A stretch of 64,000 nt of DNA from positions 96,001-160,000 of the forward strand of contig CBDBIB010000003.1 in the NCBI GenBank assembly GCA_965205945.1, given 5' to 3'. The position numbers and the translations under genes were made by a program. Under the pieces are notes generated by a model. That model ran no database searches. It was not told the DNA's origin and worked only from the letters and a program-made list of their open reading frames with translations. Below, piece after piece: positions 30,259 through 40,356 of this stretch. The stretch comes from Bdellovibrionales bacterium. GTDB lineage: Bacteria; Bdellovibrionota; Bdellovibrionia; Bdellovibrionales; UBA1609. The stretch's first letter is position 1. Each line of letters begins with the position of its first letter.

Positions 30259-31778
30259 TAGTGAAAGTATATTTTTTATCACTAATTTTGATTTTTTTTA
30301 GTTCTTCTGTAAGCTTTGGTTCACAAAAGCTTAATAGGGCAAGAGGTTTAAATGATATAAAGAATTATATTAATGCTTCAAAAATTTTATATTCTTTATC
30401 AAGAAATTCTAGGTATAGAAAAGAGCAAGCTGCGATTGCATATGAAATGGCAAGAAGTTTTGAGGGATTAGGGCTTAAGCAGTCTGCAGTATTTCAGCTT
30501 ATTAGGGCTGTTAGATATGGACAGGGACAGAATTTAGTTCTTTCAAAATCTTTAGAAAAATTATCCAAATTAGCGTTTCAAGTTGGAGATAGCATCGGTC
30601 TTAATTATGCTCTTTCAAAGGTTAATTTAAAAAATTTTCCAAAAGAACAAAAACCAATTTTGTATTTTAGATTTGGAGAGGCATATCTTGGTGTAAATAG
30701 ATTTAAAAAAGCAATCAAAGCTTTTTTGAAAGTTCCTAAAGGTCATTATTTATATTCTAAGTCAAGATATTTAATAGGTCTTGCTTATTCAGAAGATGGG
30801 CAATTAAAAGAGTCTTATAGTGCATTCACACAAGCTGCTAACTCAAGAGCCGAAGCGGGTATTGCTGATGATGAGAGGGTTGCAGCCCTGATGGGGAGAG
30901 CAAGAGTTTTTTACCATTTGCAAAGATGGGATGATTCACTACAAGCTTATAGACTGATTCCAAGGGACAGTAAGTATTTTCATGATATGATGTTTGAATC
31001 TACATGGGCTATGCTTAGAGCTGGTAAATTTAGAAGTGCTTTAAGTAATTTTCAATCGCTACATTCAGAGTATTATGAAAGTTATTTTTATCCAGAGGCT
31101 ACGTTATTAAGAGCTATAGTTTATCTTTATATTTGTAAAATAGATGAGGTTAATAAAGTTATTAATTATTATGAGACTACATATAGCAAAATGTATGTAG
31201 AGTTGTCGAATTATTTAAAAAAAAATATAACGCCTAAAGCAGATATTCGTGAATTCATGGTTTTACTTAAAGATTTAAGTTCTGGGGGTGAAATTAACAA
31301 AGCATCGTATAAGATACCTTATGTAGTTTTAAGGCATTTAAATAGAAATTCAAAAGTTAAATCAAAAAGTGAATATTATTATAATATTCAAGATGAAATA
31401 GCTCGAGTGGATTTAATTCAGGGTTGGAGTAGATTTAAAATTAAAGCAGCTGTTAAAAATTCATTACTTATAAGAAAAAGATCTAGTTTAAAAAGATTAG
31501 GTAGAGTATTAAGAAAAGAAATAATTAAGATTAAAGATGAGCTTGTTGGATTTGAAGATCAAAAAGAGTTGATTAAATTTGAACTTATTTCATCAGAAAA
31601 AGAGCAAGCAAGAAAAAGGCTTGAAAGGCGGGATGGTTTTTTTAAGGATAAAAAAGATCTAAAAGTTAGTAGATTTTCATTTACAAAAGATGGTTATGAA
31701 TATTGGCCTTTTCAAGGTGAGTATTGGCTGGATGAAATTGGAAATTATCATTATTTAGGGGCAAGTCGTTGTGAATAG
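30255..31778 (+). CDS. TPR gliding protein, GltC-like
   Basis: TPRs; C-terminal YWPFQGEYWLDEIGNY...SRC. Confidence 0.8.
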   Translation: MIVKVYFLSLILIFFSSSVSFGSQKLNRARGLNDIKNYINASKILYSLSRNSRYRKEQAAIAYEMARSFEGLGLKQSAVFQLIRAVRYGQGQNLVLSKSLEKLSKLAFQVGDSIGLNYALSKVNLKNFPKEQKPILYFRFGEAYLGVNRFKKAIKAFLKVPKGHYLYSKSRYLIGLAYSEDGQLKESYSAFTQAANSRAEAGIADDERVAALMGRARVFYHLQRWDDSLQAYRLIPRDSKYFHDMMFESTWAMLRAGKFRSALSNFQSLHSEYYESYFYPEATLLRAIVYLYICKIDEVNKVINYYETTYSKMYVELSNYLKKNITPKADIREFMVLLKDLSSGGEINKASYKIPYVVLRHLNRNSKVKSKSEYYYNIQDEIARVDLIQGWSRFKIKAAVKNSLLIRKRSSLKRLGRVLRKEIIKIKDELVGFEDQKELIKFELISSEKEQARKRLERRDGFFKDKKDLKVSRFSFTKDGYEYWPFQGEYWLDEIGNYHYLGASRCE

Positions 31779-34700
31779 AAAATTAATTTTATTTTTTTTA
31801 ATAGGTATTTTTCCCATTACTATAGGCTTGGCTCAAACAGTTAAAGATGTAATTAAAAACATTGAAAAAAAACAAGGCAAGATTCCTATATATAAACAAA
31901 AAAAGATTCAAAAAAAAGGCCGTATCAAACTTGCTATTGAGCCGTCTAATCAATTCCCAGCTGTTTTTGCTAAAGGAACTGCAGAAAGAAATTTTGAAGT
32001 AAAGCTTAGTAAAGAAATTAAACAACTGCATCTTTTATCAAAAAGATTAGAAAGTGCTAATGCTAAGCAAAGCATCTGGATGCGTTTAGCAAAAGCTTAC
32101 TCTGAAAAAGCAGCTCTCTTAGAAAGAAGGGAGCAGGAAAAATACGATAAAGAATTAAAGATGTATTTTGCAGGCTCAATTAGTAAAAAACCTTTTTTAG
32201 ATCAATCACAATCACAAGTGTATAACAAAAGAGCAGTAAATTTATATAAAGACTACATAAAGAAATATCCAAAAGCTTTGGATTTAGATCAGGCTTTGTT
32301 TTTTTTAGGATATAATAGTGTAGGCCTTGATAGATCTAAAGAGGCTGCTAAATACTATCAAATACTTTCTAATAGGTTTCCTAAAAGTGATTATATTGAT
32401 GAGGCTAATTTATCGTTAGGGGATTATTATTTTGATAAAAATAAAAGAATTTTAGCAAAAAAATACTATTCTTTAGTGGTTGCAAACACGAGAAATTCTT
32501 TAGGAGTATTGGCTCTGTATAAGCTTTCTTGGGTGGAAAGAAAAATGGGTAACAATCAAAGGGCATTAAAGAACTTATTAAAAGTTATTAGACTTTCTAA
32601 AGATACAGGCTTAAGAAATCAACGAAGTATAGCTTTGGCAAAGGAAGCTAAAAAAGATCTTCCAATGTTTTATGTTGAAGCTGGAGATCCTAAAAATGCC
32701 ATAGTGTATTTTACAAATATAATGAGAAAAGATGAAGCTTCAAAAGCAATAGAAAAACTTGCATACTATTATGTTGATAAAGGGGATAAGGAAGAGGCTA
32801 AATATTTATTTAGTAAACTTATTAAAATAAACCCACAAAATGATAAAAGTTTTGATTATCAATATTCATTGGTAAATATGCAGGCATCCACAGGTCGTGC
32901 TGATTTATATGAAAAAGAGCTTTATAAGTGGATTAAAGGGTTTGGGCCAAAATCAAAATGGGCTCAAACTTTAAAGGATAAAGAAAAAGTTCAAAATTCT
33001 TTAAAAAAAATAGAGATTTCTTTAAGAAGTCATATTTTAAAAATTCATAATGATTCAAGGCGCTTAAAGAGTAGAGCTGCAATGCTTAGAGTAGAGAAAG
33101 GGTATGAGTTATACTTAAAGTCTTTTACAGACACTTTATATAATCCGGAAATGCAGTTTTATTATGGAGAGCTTTTGTATGAACTAAAAGCGTATAAAGA
33201 TGCGTATCAAGCATATCAAAAAGTTAAGCCCTCAAAGTATACTAAAAAAGCTAAGTTAAACTCAATTTTATCATTAGAAAAAATAATTCCTCAGGATGAA
33301 GAAGTTAGAGCTAAGGTTGGAAAATCTATAGAAGAACACACTCTTAATAAGAATGAGGAATTATTTATTCAAGCTGGTAAAGCGTATCTTGCAGATATTA
33401 AGAATAAAGAGCAAAGAGTTGATATTAAATATAGAATTGCAAGTATTTATTATTCTCATAACTACTTTGATAAATCAGAGGTGATTTTTAAAGAAATTAT
33501 TAAGGAATATCCAAATAGTAAATATTCGCGCTATGCTTCAGATTTAATAATAGACTCTTATAAGCTTAAGAAAGATTATGATGGTTTAGTAAAAGTAGGG
33601 TCTGAACTGATTAAAATTGGAAACAAAGTAGGCGGTGTGCAAACATCAAAGGTGAAAACAGTGTTAGAAAGATCAGCTTTTAAGAAAATTGAAGGTATGG
33701 TCGCTACAGCTCAACCTATTCAAATAGCTAAGGCCTTTGTTGAGTTTACTAAGACGTACCCGAACTCTGTTTTTCAGGATCAAGCTTTTTATAATTCTGG
33801 TATTTACTATGAAAAAGCAGGGGAGTTAAAAAACGCACTCGCTTCTTATGCTATGGTGTCTGATTCTTTAAAGAATAAAAGCTTATATAAGAATGCACAA
33901 AAATTCTCAACTTTTTTGTATGAAAAACTTGGCTACCTTATAAAAGCGGCTCGTTTATATGAAACTATGTCAGAATATAGTGATATTTTAACTCAAGATA
34001 AGATTAAATACCTTACAAATGCATCCATTATAAGAGAAGCTTTTAATGACCCGGTGGGGTTAAAAAAAATATTTTTAAACCTTAAAAAATATGATCAAAA
34101 AAAGAATGTGTATAAATATGAGTTTCGCTTAGCTAAAGTATATGAGAGAATTGGAAATTACAAGCTTGCAAAAAATCACTATATAAAGTTTTTTAATACA
34201 GCAAAAGGGGAGCCCTTTCTTCTTATTAAATCAGCTAGAAGAATAGGAGATTATTACCAGAATATAAAGGATTATAATAAAGCGCACTATTGGTTTAAGG
34301 CGTCCACCTTAGTATATAAAAAATTTAAGAATAAAGGTGCAAAGGCAGCAGTATCAGATGTGGCCTATTCAGCCTATAGGTTAAGTGATAAGCTATTTTA
34401 TAAATATTTAAATATTAAAATCCCTTTAGACCCTAAGAAACAACAACAGGTTGTTAATCAAAAATTAGTTTTAGTAGGTGAGATTGAGAAGAAAATGACT
34501 AATGTGATTAACTTTGATGATGGTTATACGATTGTTTCAGCTTTAAATAGAATGGGCCAGGTACACCAGCATTTAGCTTTTGCTCTTTTAAATACTCCTC
34601 TTCCTAAGGGTTTAACAAGTAAAGAAATTAAGGAGTATCAAAAATTGTTGCAAAAAACTGTTGAGCCATTTAAGAAGAACGCAATAACGGTTTATAAGAA

Positions 34701-35502
34701 AGCTTTGGAAAAAGGCAGAGCTTTAAATGTATATAATAATGACTATTTAACTATATTTTTTGAACTTTCAAAAATTGATAAAGACTATGCTCATTATAAG
34801 GTGCCATTCTTATCAGCGACTAAGCTTATGCAGTATGATGGAGACACAGCTTTAAAATATCCTGATCTTATAGAGTTTATGAAGAAACCTGAGAATATAT
34901 TTTTAGATGAAATAAGCACGCTCTTGTCAAAAAACCCTGAAGATACGAAGGTTTTATATATGCTTGCTCATTACTATCATATAAAAGGTTTTTCTGGAGT
35001 TTCAGATTTTTTCATGAATAAAGCTTCAAAAGAATTTAAGAAAACAGCAGACTATTTTGTAATGAAGGGTTTAAATAGAATGCTTGAAAATAAAAGGCGT
35101 GCAGCAATTAAAGAGTTTAATCAAGCCATTAAAGAAAATTCAAATAACTTAGTGGCAAGAGTGAACTTATCATCACTTTATGTGCAGTATGGTGGATATG
35201 AAGAAGTTTATAAGCTTTTAAAAAATAAACTTTTAGATGCTGCCATGCCTGAAAATATGAAGCGCTTTGTATTAAATAATTACGCATTAGGTTTAATTGC
35301 TAAAAATAGAGTTAATAAAGCTGTCATAGAACTTAAAGCAGCACTTTTAAATAAACCTGATTATATAAAAGCAATTGGAAATCTAGCAATTGTTGAAAAA
35401 GTTATTCAAAAAAATAAAGCCCAGCTATACTTTAGTCAATATAAAAAGCTTGCTAAGACACAGGTAGACCTTGATAGAATATTATTAATGGAGAATTTGT
35501 AA
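31771..35502 (+). CDS. Large TPR gliding protein, GltD/AgmU-like, possibly fused to GltE/AglT
   Basis: 1243 aa, signal peptide, many TPRs, operon position. Confidence 0.75.
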   Translation: MNRKLILFFLIGIFPITIGLAQTVKDVIKNIEKKQGKIPIYKQKKIQKKGRIKLAIEPSNQFPAVFAKGTAERNFEVKLSKEIKQLHLLSKRLESANAKQSIWMRLAKAYSEKAALLERREQEKYDKELKMYFAGSISKKPFLDQSQSQVYNKRAVNLYKDYIKKYPKALDLDQALFFLGYNSVGLDRSKEAAKYYQILSNRFPKSDYIDEANLSLGDYYFDKNKRILAKKYYSLVVANTRNSLGVLALYKLSWVERKMGNNQRALKNLLKVIRLSKDTGLRNQRSIALAKEAKKDLPMFYVEAGDPKNAIVYFTNIMRKDEASKAIEKLAYYYVDKGDKEEAKYLFSKLIKINPQNDKSFDYQYSLVNMQASTGRADLYEKELYKWIKGFGPKSKWAQTLKDKEKVQNSLKKIEISLRSHILKIHNDSRRLKSRAAMLRVEKGYELYLKSFTDTLYNPEMQFYYGELLYELKAYKDAYQAYQKVKPSKYTKKAKLNSILSLEKIIPQDEEVRAKVGKSIEEHTLNKNEELFIQAGKAYLADIKNKEQRVDIKYRIASIYYSHNYFDKSEVIFKEIIKEYPNSKYSRYASDLIIDSYKLKKDYDGLVKVGSELIKIGNKVGGVQTSKVKTVLERSAFKKIEGMVATAQPIQIAKAFVEFTKTYPNSVFQDQAFYNSGIYYEKAGELKNALASYAMVSDSLKNKSLYKNAQKFSTFLYEKLGYLIKAARLYETMSEYSDILTQDKIKYLTNASIIREAFNDPVGLKKIFLNLKKYDQKKNVYKYEFRLAKVYERIGNYKLAKNHYIKFFNTAKGEPFLLIKSARRIGDYYQNIKDYNKAHYWFKASTLVYKKFKNKGAKAAVSDVAYSAYRLSDKLFYKYLNIKIPLDPKKQQQVVNQKLVLVGEIEKKMTNVINFDDGYTIVSALNRMGQVHQHLAFALLNTPLPKGLTSKEIKEYQKLLQKTVEPFKKNAITVYKKALEKGRALNVYNNDYLTIFFELSKIDKDYAHYKVPFLSATKLMQYDGDTALKYPDLIEFMKKPENIFLDEISTLLSKNPEDTKVLYMLAHYYHIKGFSGVSDFFMNKASKEFKKTADYFVMKGLNRMLENKRRAAIKEFNQAIKENSNNLVARVNLSSLYVQYGGYEEVYKLLKNKLLDAAMPENMKRFVLNNYALGLIAKNRVNKAVIELKAALLNKPDYIKAIGNLAIVEKVIQKNKAQLYFSQYKKLAKTQVDLDRILLMENL

Positions 35503-35503
35503 A

Positions 35504-35767
35504 TTGATAAAGTGGAAAGTGCTTATTCCCTTAGTGATAATATTGTTTTGTGGTGTTTCTTATGGACAGTTAGAAGCAAAGCCACAAAAAAAAACAACTA
35601 AGCTTGATTTTGAAGATGAGCTTATTCAAGGTGATATTTCATCTCCAGATCTCTTGTTTATTTTAAAGAGTAAAAATGTTAATTATGGCAAGTTGTTAAA
35701 GCTTAGAGATAATTTTTTGCCTGAAATTAATGAAACTAAGCATGATGTCTTAAGAGGGTCTAAATGA
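35504..35767 (+). CDS. GltF/CglF-like small gliding protein
   Basis: Signal peptide, LDFEDELIQG...LLKLRDNFLPEI. Confidence 0.75.
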   Translation: MIKWKVLIPLVIILFCGVSYGQLEAKPQKKTTKLDFEDELIQGDISSPDLLFILKSKNVNYGKLLKLRDNFLPEINETKHDVLRGSK

Positions 35768-37893
35768 AAGGCCTTGTAGTTATTAGGGTATATAGAGAAA
35801 AAAGATTAATTGCAGTAAAACAGTTCCTATCGCCACAAATAGTAATTGGTCGTCAAAGTGATGCAGGCTTATCTTTAAATGATGAACTTATTTCGCCTCT
35901 TCATGCAGTCATAGAAAAAAGAGATGAGGGTTATTATATTTCAGATCTAGGCTCTGAGAGTGGTCTTTTTATTAAAGGTAAGAAGGTTTTAGAGGCTCTT
36001 GTTAAAGAAGGGGAACCTATTGAAATTGGACCATATTTTATTAAATTTTATGTGGGCATTCCAAAGCTTTCTTCTCTAGATGATTTTGAAAAAGAACATA
36101 GTAAGATTCAAGAGTCTGAAAGAAAGGTTGTAGAAAATAAAGTTAAGGAGGTTGATTTTTTAAAAGAGGATCTGCCTTTGCTGCCAAAGGATACAGATCT
36201 AGAGGAGCCTTACTTAGAAGAGGATCTGCCCTCACTGCCAGAGGATACAAACTCAGAGGTGCCTTATTTAGAAGATGAAAGAACTAGTCCAAACATAATA
36301 CTAGATGAGTCTTTAGATATAAAAGGTGAGAAAGCTGGTGTAAAAATTCAAAGTAGAAATATTGAAGATGCAATAGGTGCTCAAAAATTAGAGCCAATAT
36401 CTGGGGGTTATATAGCTCCAGTAAGTAACTATGATAATGTAGATGAAATTATAGATCCTTATTCAAGAGGACCTATATTAGAAGTGGTCATTTGTTGGAA
36501 AGAAAGAATTTTAAAAACGTATCATTTTTCTAATAAGCGTCAGATATTTATGTCTAATTCTAAAAATACAGATATACATATTCCCATTTCTAATAAAAAT
36601 ATGAAGTATAAGCTGGTTTCTTTTTCTGATGAATGCATTGTTCATGTAGCCAGTTCTATGGAGGGTGAACTTTATTATGATAATAAGCGTGAAAATCTTA
36701 AAGCTTTAACAACGGGCAGTGCTTTAATGAATTCAAGTCTTGGCGGGAAGGAGCTTAAGCTTGATCAAGGTCAAATGGTGAAACTTAATTTACTAAATGG
36801 CAAAGTTCTTGGGTATATAAGATTTGTTAAAGACACTCCTGCTACTATAAAGACTTCAGTTTTTGATTTTACGACATCTGAAGCTGTGGGAATTTTTATG
36901 TCCTTTGCATCAGTTTTGGTTATTGCACTGTATATGCTTTTTTATGTGCCGAGCACACTAGATGACACTGAGGATTTGTTACAAGACAGACTTAAAAAAG
37001 CAATAATTACGTTTAATCCCCCTCCTAAAGTAGATATTCCTAAAATATCAGTCCCAAAGGTTATAAAGCCTAAAATCACAAAAGTTTCTGAAAAACTTGC
37101 CAAAGTAAAAGCAAGCAGACCAAAACCAAAAGTTAAATCACCTAAAAAAGGTGCTCCTAAATCTGCTGCTCCAAGTAAAGTTAAAACTACGAATAAAGTA
37201 GGGTCGTCAAAACCTGGAGGCTCTATTAAAACAGGCAAAAAAGCCTCAAATATGAAAACAGCTAAGAAAGATCTTACAAAAACAGGGCTTCTTTCAGTTT
37301 TGAGTGGAGGGGGTAAAAACAAAGCTTTAAATAAAGCAACCTCAGGAGTAGGAACTACAATAGGTGTTGCTGACTCTAAAACAGGTTATCAAGGACAGCT
37401 TTCAGATCGAAAGGGTGAGGACATTGGAACAAAGCTTCAGGCTGGTCGTGGTGGAGAAGGTTTAAAGCTTATAGGTATTGGTGATTTAAAAACGTCAAGT
37501 AGAGGTGGTGGAGAAAATACTTATGGTGTCGGTGAGCTTGGAGGCAAAGGAACATCTACAATTATAGGTTTGGATGGGCTTAGTGAAGAGTTTTCTAGTA
37601 CCATTGATAAAGATGCTATTAGGAGATTGATTCAAAAAAATAAAAATTCTCTTAAAGGTTGTTATGATAGGGCCTTAACTCAGAACCAGAATTTAAACGG
37701 TAAGGTTTTACTTAGTTGGAGAATTGTTAATGGGGGAAAAATGACTCAACCTAAAGTTAAGAGTTCAACGTTAAATGATGTGGAAGTTGAACAATGCATA
37801 ATTAGCAGACTAAGGATTTTGACATTTCCAGACCCAGGGCCAAATGAAATCGCAGAAGTGGATTACCCGTTTGTATTTAGTAGATCAAAGTAG
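35764..37893 (+). CDS. GltG-like protein (FHA, TM helix, Pro/Lys/Gly-rich linker, TonB_C-like AgmX/PglI domain)
   Basis: IGR..S..HA..SDLGS; one TM helix; CYDRAL..L.GKV...VEQCI...FP....YPFVF. Confidence 0.85.
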   Translation: MKGLVVIRVYREKRLIAVKQFLSPQIVIGRQSDAGLSLNDELISPLHAVIEKRDEGYYISDLGSESGLFIKGKKVLEALVKEGEPIEIGPYFIKFYVGIPKLSSLDDFEKEHSKIQESERKVVENKVKEVDFLKEDLPLLPKDTDLEEPYLEEDLPSLPEDTNSEVPYLEDERTSPNIILDESLDIKGEKAGVKIQSRNIEDAIGAQKLEPISGGYIAPVSNYDNVDEIIDPYSRGPILEVVICWKERILKTYHFSNKRQIFMSNSKNTDIHIPISNKNMKYKLVSFSDECIVHVASSMEGELYYDNKRENLKALTTGSALMNSSLGGKELKLDQGQMVKLNLLNGKVLGYIRFVKDTPATIKTSVFDFTTSEAVGIFMSFASVLVIALYMLFYVPSTLDDTEDLLQDRLKKAIITFNPPPKVDIPKISVPKVIKPKITKVSEKLAKVKASRPKPKVKSPKKGAPKSAAPSKVKTTNKVGSSKPGGSIKTGKKASNMKTAKKDLTKTGLLSVLSGGGKNKALNKATSGVGTTIGVADSKTGYQGQLSDRKGEDIGTKLQAGRGGEGLKLIGIGDLKTSSRGGGENTYGVGELGGKGTSTIIGLDGLSEEFSSTIDKDAIRRLIQKNKNSLKGCYDRALTQNQNLNGKVLLSWRIVNGGKMTQPKVKSSTLNDVEVEQCIISRLRILTFPDPGPNEIAEVDYPFVFSRSK

Positions 37894-37906
37894 TTAGAAT
37901 AAATAA

Positions 37907-38590
37907 TTGTTGGAGGACAGTATGTTTGAGAATTGCACAGAAAGTTATAACTCATGGATAGCAGTACATTTTTGCCAAGGTGGATTTGTAATGCTTTTAA
38001 TAGGTGTTATTTTTTTACTGACACTATTTTTAATTATTGAAAGATTTATGGTTCTTTCAAAGCTTGCTGTTGATAAGGCAAGCGTGTCTTCTAATATTAG
38101 AGGCATGCTTTTAAGAGGAGATGTTAGACAAGCAATTACTTTTTGCGATAAAACACCTGCTCCATTAACAAATACAGTCCAAGCAGGGCTCATTCAAGTT
38201 TTAAATAGAAGACCTGATGAAGAAGTTCAAGTTGCCATGGATGCTTCAGTTTTAAGAGAAACACCGAAATTAGAAGGTTGGGTGAGCTTTCTAGCTATTT
38301 TTGGTAATGTCGCAGTTTTAGTAGGGTTGCTTGGAACAATCATTGGTATGATTAAATCATTTGGTGGTGTGGCAACAGTAGATCAGGCTGTAAAAGCGCA
38401 GATTCTTGCAGAAGGTATTTCTGAAGCTTTAAATTGTACGGCATTTGGTTTGTTTGTAGCAATTTTAGCAATTATTACTTATGGATTTTTTCAAATTAAA
38501 ATTTCAAGAACTATGAATGATATGCTTGAAATTAGTATGGATATAATGAATTTAGTAACTTCTAATAGAGATAAAATTCAAAGAACTTAA
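37907..38590 (+). CDS. MotA/TolQ/ExbB proton channel, AglR-like
   Basis: GLLGTIIGMIKSF, GISEALNCTAFGL. Confidence 0.9.
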   Translation: MLEDSMFENCTESYNSWIAVHFCQGGFVMLLIGVIFLLTLFLIIERFMVLSKLAVDKASVSSNIRGMLLRGDVRQAITFCDKTPAPLTNTVQAGLIQVLNRRPDEEVQVAMDASVLRETPKLEGWVSFLAIFGNVAVLVGLLGTIIGMIKSFGGVATVDQAVKAQILAEGISEALNCTAFGLFVAILAIITYGFFQIKISRTMNDMLEISMDIMNLVTSNRDKIQRT

Positions 38591-38616
38591 TAAATTTGAT
38601 TTAAGGAAGAACTAAA

Positions 38617-39096
38617 ATGGCTCAAATTGATGATGGTAAAGGTAAAAAATCAGCAAATGTTGAATTAAATATTGTTCCTGTCATTGATTTAATGAGTGTT
38701 TTAATTGTATTTTTACTTATTACAGCGGTTTGGAATCAAATTTCAATGATTCAATTAGGAACTTCTATATACGGTAAAAAAACAAATGATGAACAAATTA
38801 AACAACCAAAGAGTGCTCATATTACATTAAGGCTTGATATTCAAAGAAATGGTTATATTTTATTAATTGGTAAAACAACCATTTCTATTCCATTAAAAAA
38901 TGGTAAGTACAATGAAGTAGCTTTAAAAAAAGAGCTTTTAAAAATTAAAAAAAGATACCCTGAAAAAGAAAATATCTTTTTGTCTATTGATGATAAGCTT
39001 AATTATGAAACGATGGTTTTAGGTATGGATACTGCAATAGGGGAAGGTTTTCCTAACATTGATATAACTACAGGCAGTAGCAAACAGGGAATTTAA
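38617..39096 (+). CDS. ExbD/TolR-family protein (AglQ/AglS-like)
   Basis: ELNIVPVIDLMSVLIVFLLIT. Confidence 0.88.
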   Translation: MAQIDDGKGKKSANVELNIVPVIDLMSVLIVFLLITAVWNQISMIQLGTSIYGKKTNDEQIKQPKSAHITLRLDIQRNGYILLIGKTTISIPLKNGKYNEVALKKELLKIKKRYPEKENIFLSIDDKLNYETMVLGMDTAIGEGFPNIDITTGSSKQGI

Positions 39097-39098
39097 TT

Positions 39099-39683
39099 AT
39101 GGCTATTTATGTACCAGGAAAAAGAGACAAATGTGGAAGATTAAAAGTTGCAGCTAGATCAGCGGTTGCCGTTCTTTCTCTTACAGCGATGGTGGATATG
39201 TTTACAGTTTTAGTTGTATTTTTACTCATGAATTATCAGTCCACAGGTGAAGTTATTCCTATGAAAGAAAATGTGGATCTTCCACAAGCAAGTTCAGTGG
39301 ATGAGCTTGAACCTGCAAATGTTGTTGTAATAGATCCTGGGGGTATAGAGTTAAATGGTAAAAAATTTGAAACATTCGCTGAAGTTAAGGCTTCACAAAA
39401 TTGGATTCTTCCAAAACTTAAAAAAGCTATAGAAAAGCAAATTATTAAAGATAACAAAGAAAAAAAAGGTTCTGTGGCTGCTAAAATTCAAGATGCTGTG
39501 AAAAATGCTAAAGCTCCAGGTTCTACAAAAGCCTATATTGTTAGAAAAGTTACCATTCAAGCGGATAAGAGGACAGATATTCTTTCCTTAAAGAAAGTTA
39601 TGTATACAATTACTAAAGCTGGTGGAGAAGAGATAAATTTTGCAGTTTTAAAGATTCCTGATAAATCTATAGTTCCTGAATAA
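39099..39683 (+). CDS. ExbD/TolR-family protein (AglS-like)
   Basis: LTAMVDMFTVLVVFLL, IQADK..KKVMYT. Confidence 0.88.
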   Translation: MAIYVPGKRDKCGRLKVAARSAVAVLSLTAMVDMFTVLVVFLLMNYQSTGEVIPMKENVDLPQASSVDELEPANVVVIDPGGIELNGKKFETFAEVKASQNWILPKLKKAIEKQIIKDNKEKKGSVAAKIQDAVKNAKAPGSTKAYIVRKVTIQADKRTDILSLKKVMYTITKAGGEEINFAVLKIPDKSIVPE

Positions 39684-39757
39684 ATAAAACTCTACCTTAG
39701 TCCGTAAATTAACTTAGAAATGAACCAATTTAGTAATGTGCACGATATATTATAATT

Positions 39758-40324
39758 GTGAAGCTGCTTAATTTTTTTAAAAAAAGAAAGATTTTATTTC
39801 CAATTCTAGGAGCTTTTTTGATTATTTCATGCTTGATATTTTTTATGATTTTTAATTTTGGAATTGAAACTTTCAAAAATTCTAGGGAAATAGCATCAAA
39901 AGAAGAAAATAAATCTAATTTTAAAATTGAAAGAATAATTATAGCAGATTTATTTAAGGGTTTAAATAAAAGGCGTGTTAAGCATGGTGTAAAACCAACA
40001 AAAGAAGAGCAGTTTTTATTTGGTTTTTTAAAAGGCAATTATAGATTTTTTAAAGTTGAAAAAAATATGATGTCTTTGCATTTAAAGCAAGGAGAAAGGG
40101 CTTTACGGTTTATTACAGAGGCGCAGAAAAAAGATTTAGCTCAAAAGTTTAAAAATATATACTTAGGTAAAGGAGTAAGCCTAGTAGATTCTGTAGAAAA
40201 TAGATTTGTAGCCTCAAAACACTTATCTTACTCTCTTATTCAAAATAATACTATTTTAGGAGAATTAAGCCTAAAATTTTCTCAAGATCAAGGGCTTCTT
40301 AAAATAGTAATAAGTGGTTTATAG
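39758..40324 (+). CDS. Hypothetical membrane-anchored protein
   Basis: 188-aa ORF with an N-terminal TM segment. Confidence 0.6.
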   Translation: MKLLNFFKKRKILFPILGAFLIISCLIFFMIFNFGIETFKNSREIASKEENKSNFKIERIIIADLFKGLNKRRVKHGVKPTKEEQFLFGFLKGNYRFFKVEKNMMSLHLKQGERALRFITEAQKKDLAQKFKNIYLGKGVSLVDSVENRFVASKHLSYSLIQNNTILGELSLKFSQDQGLLKIVISGL

Positions 40325-40356
40325 AAATAAAGTAACTTAAATTTTGATTTAATGAG

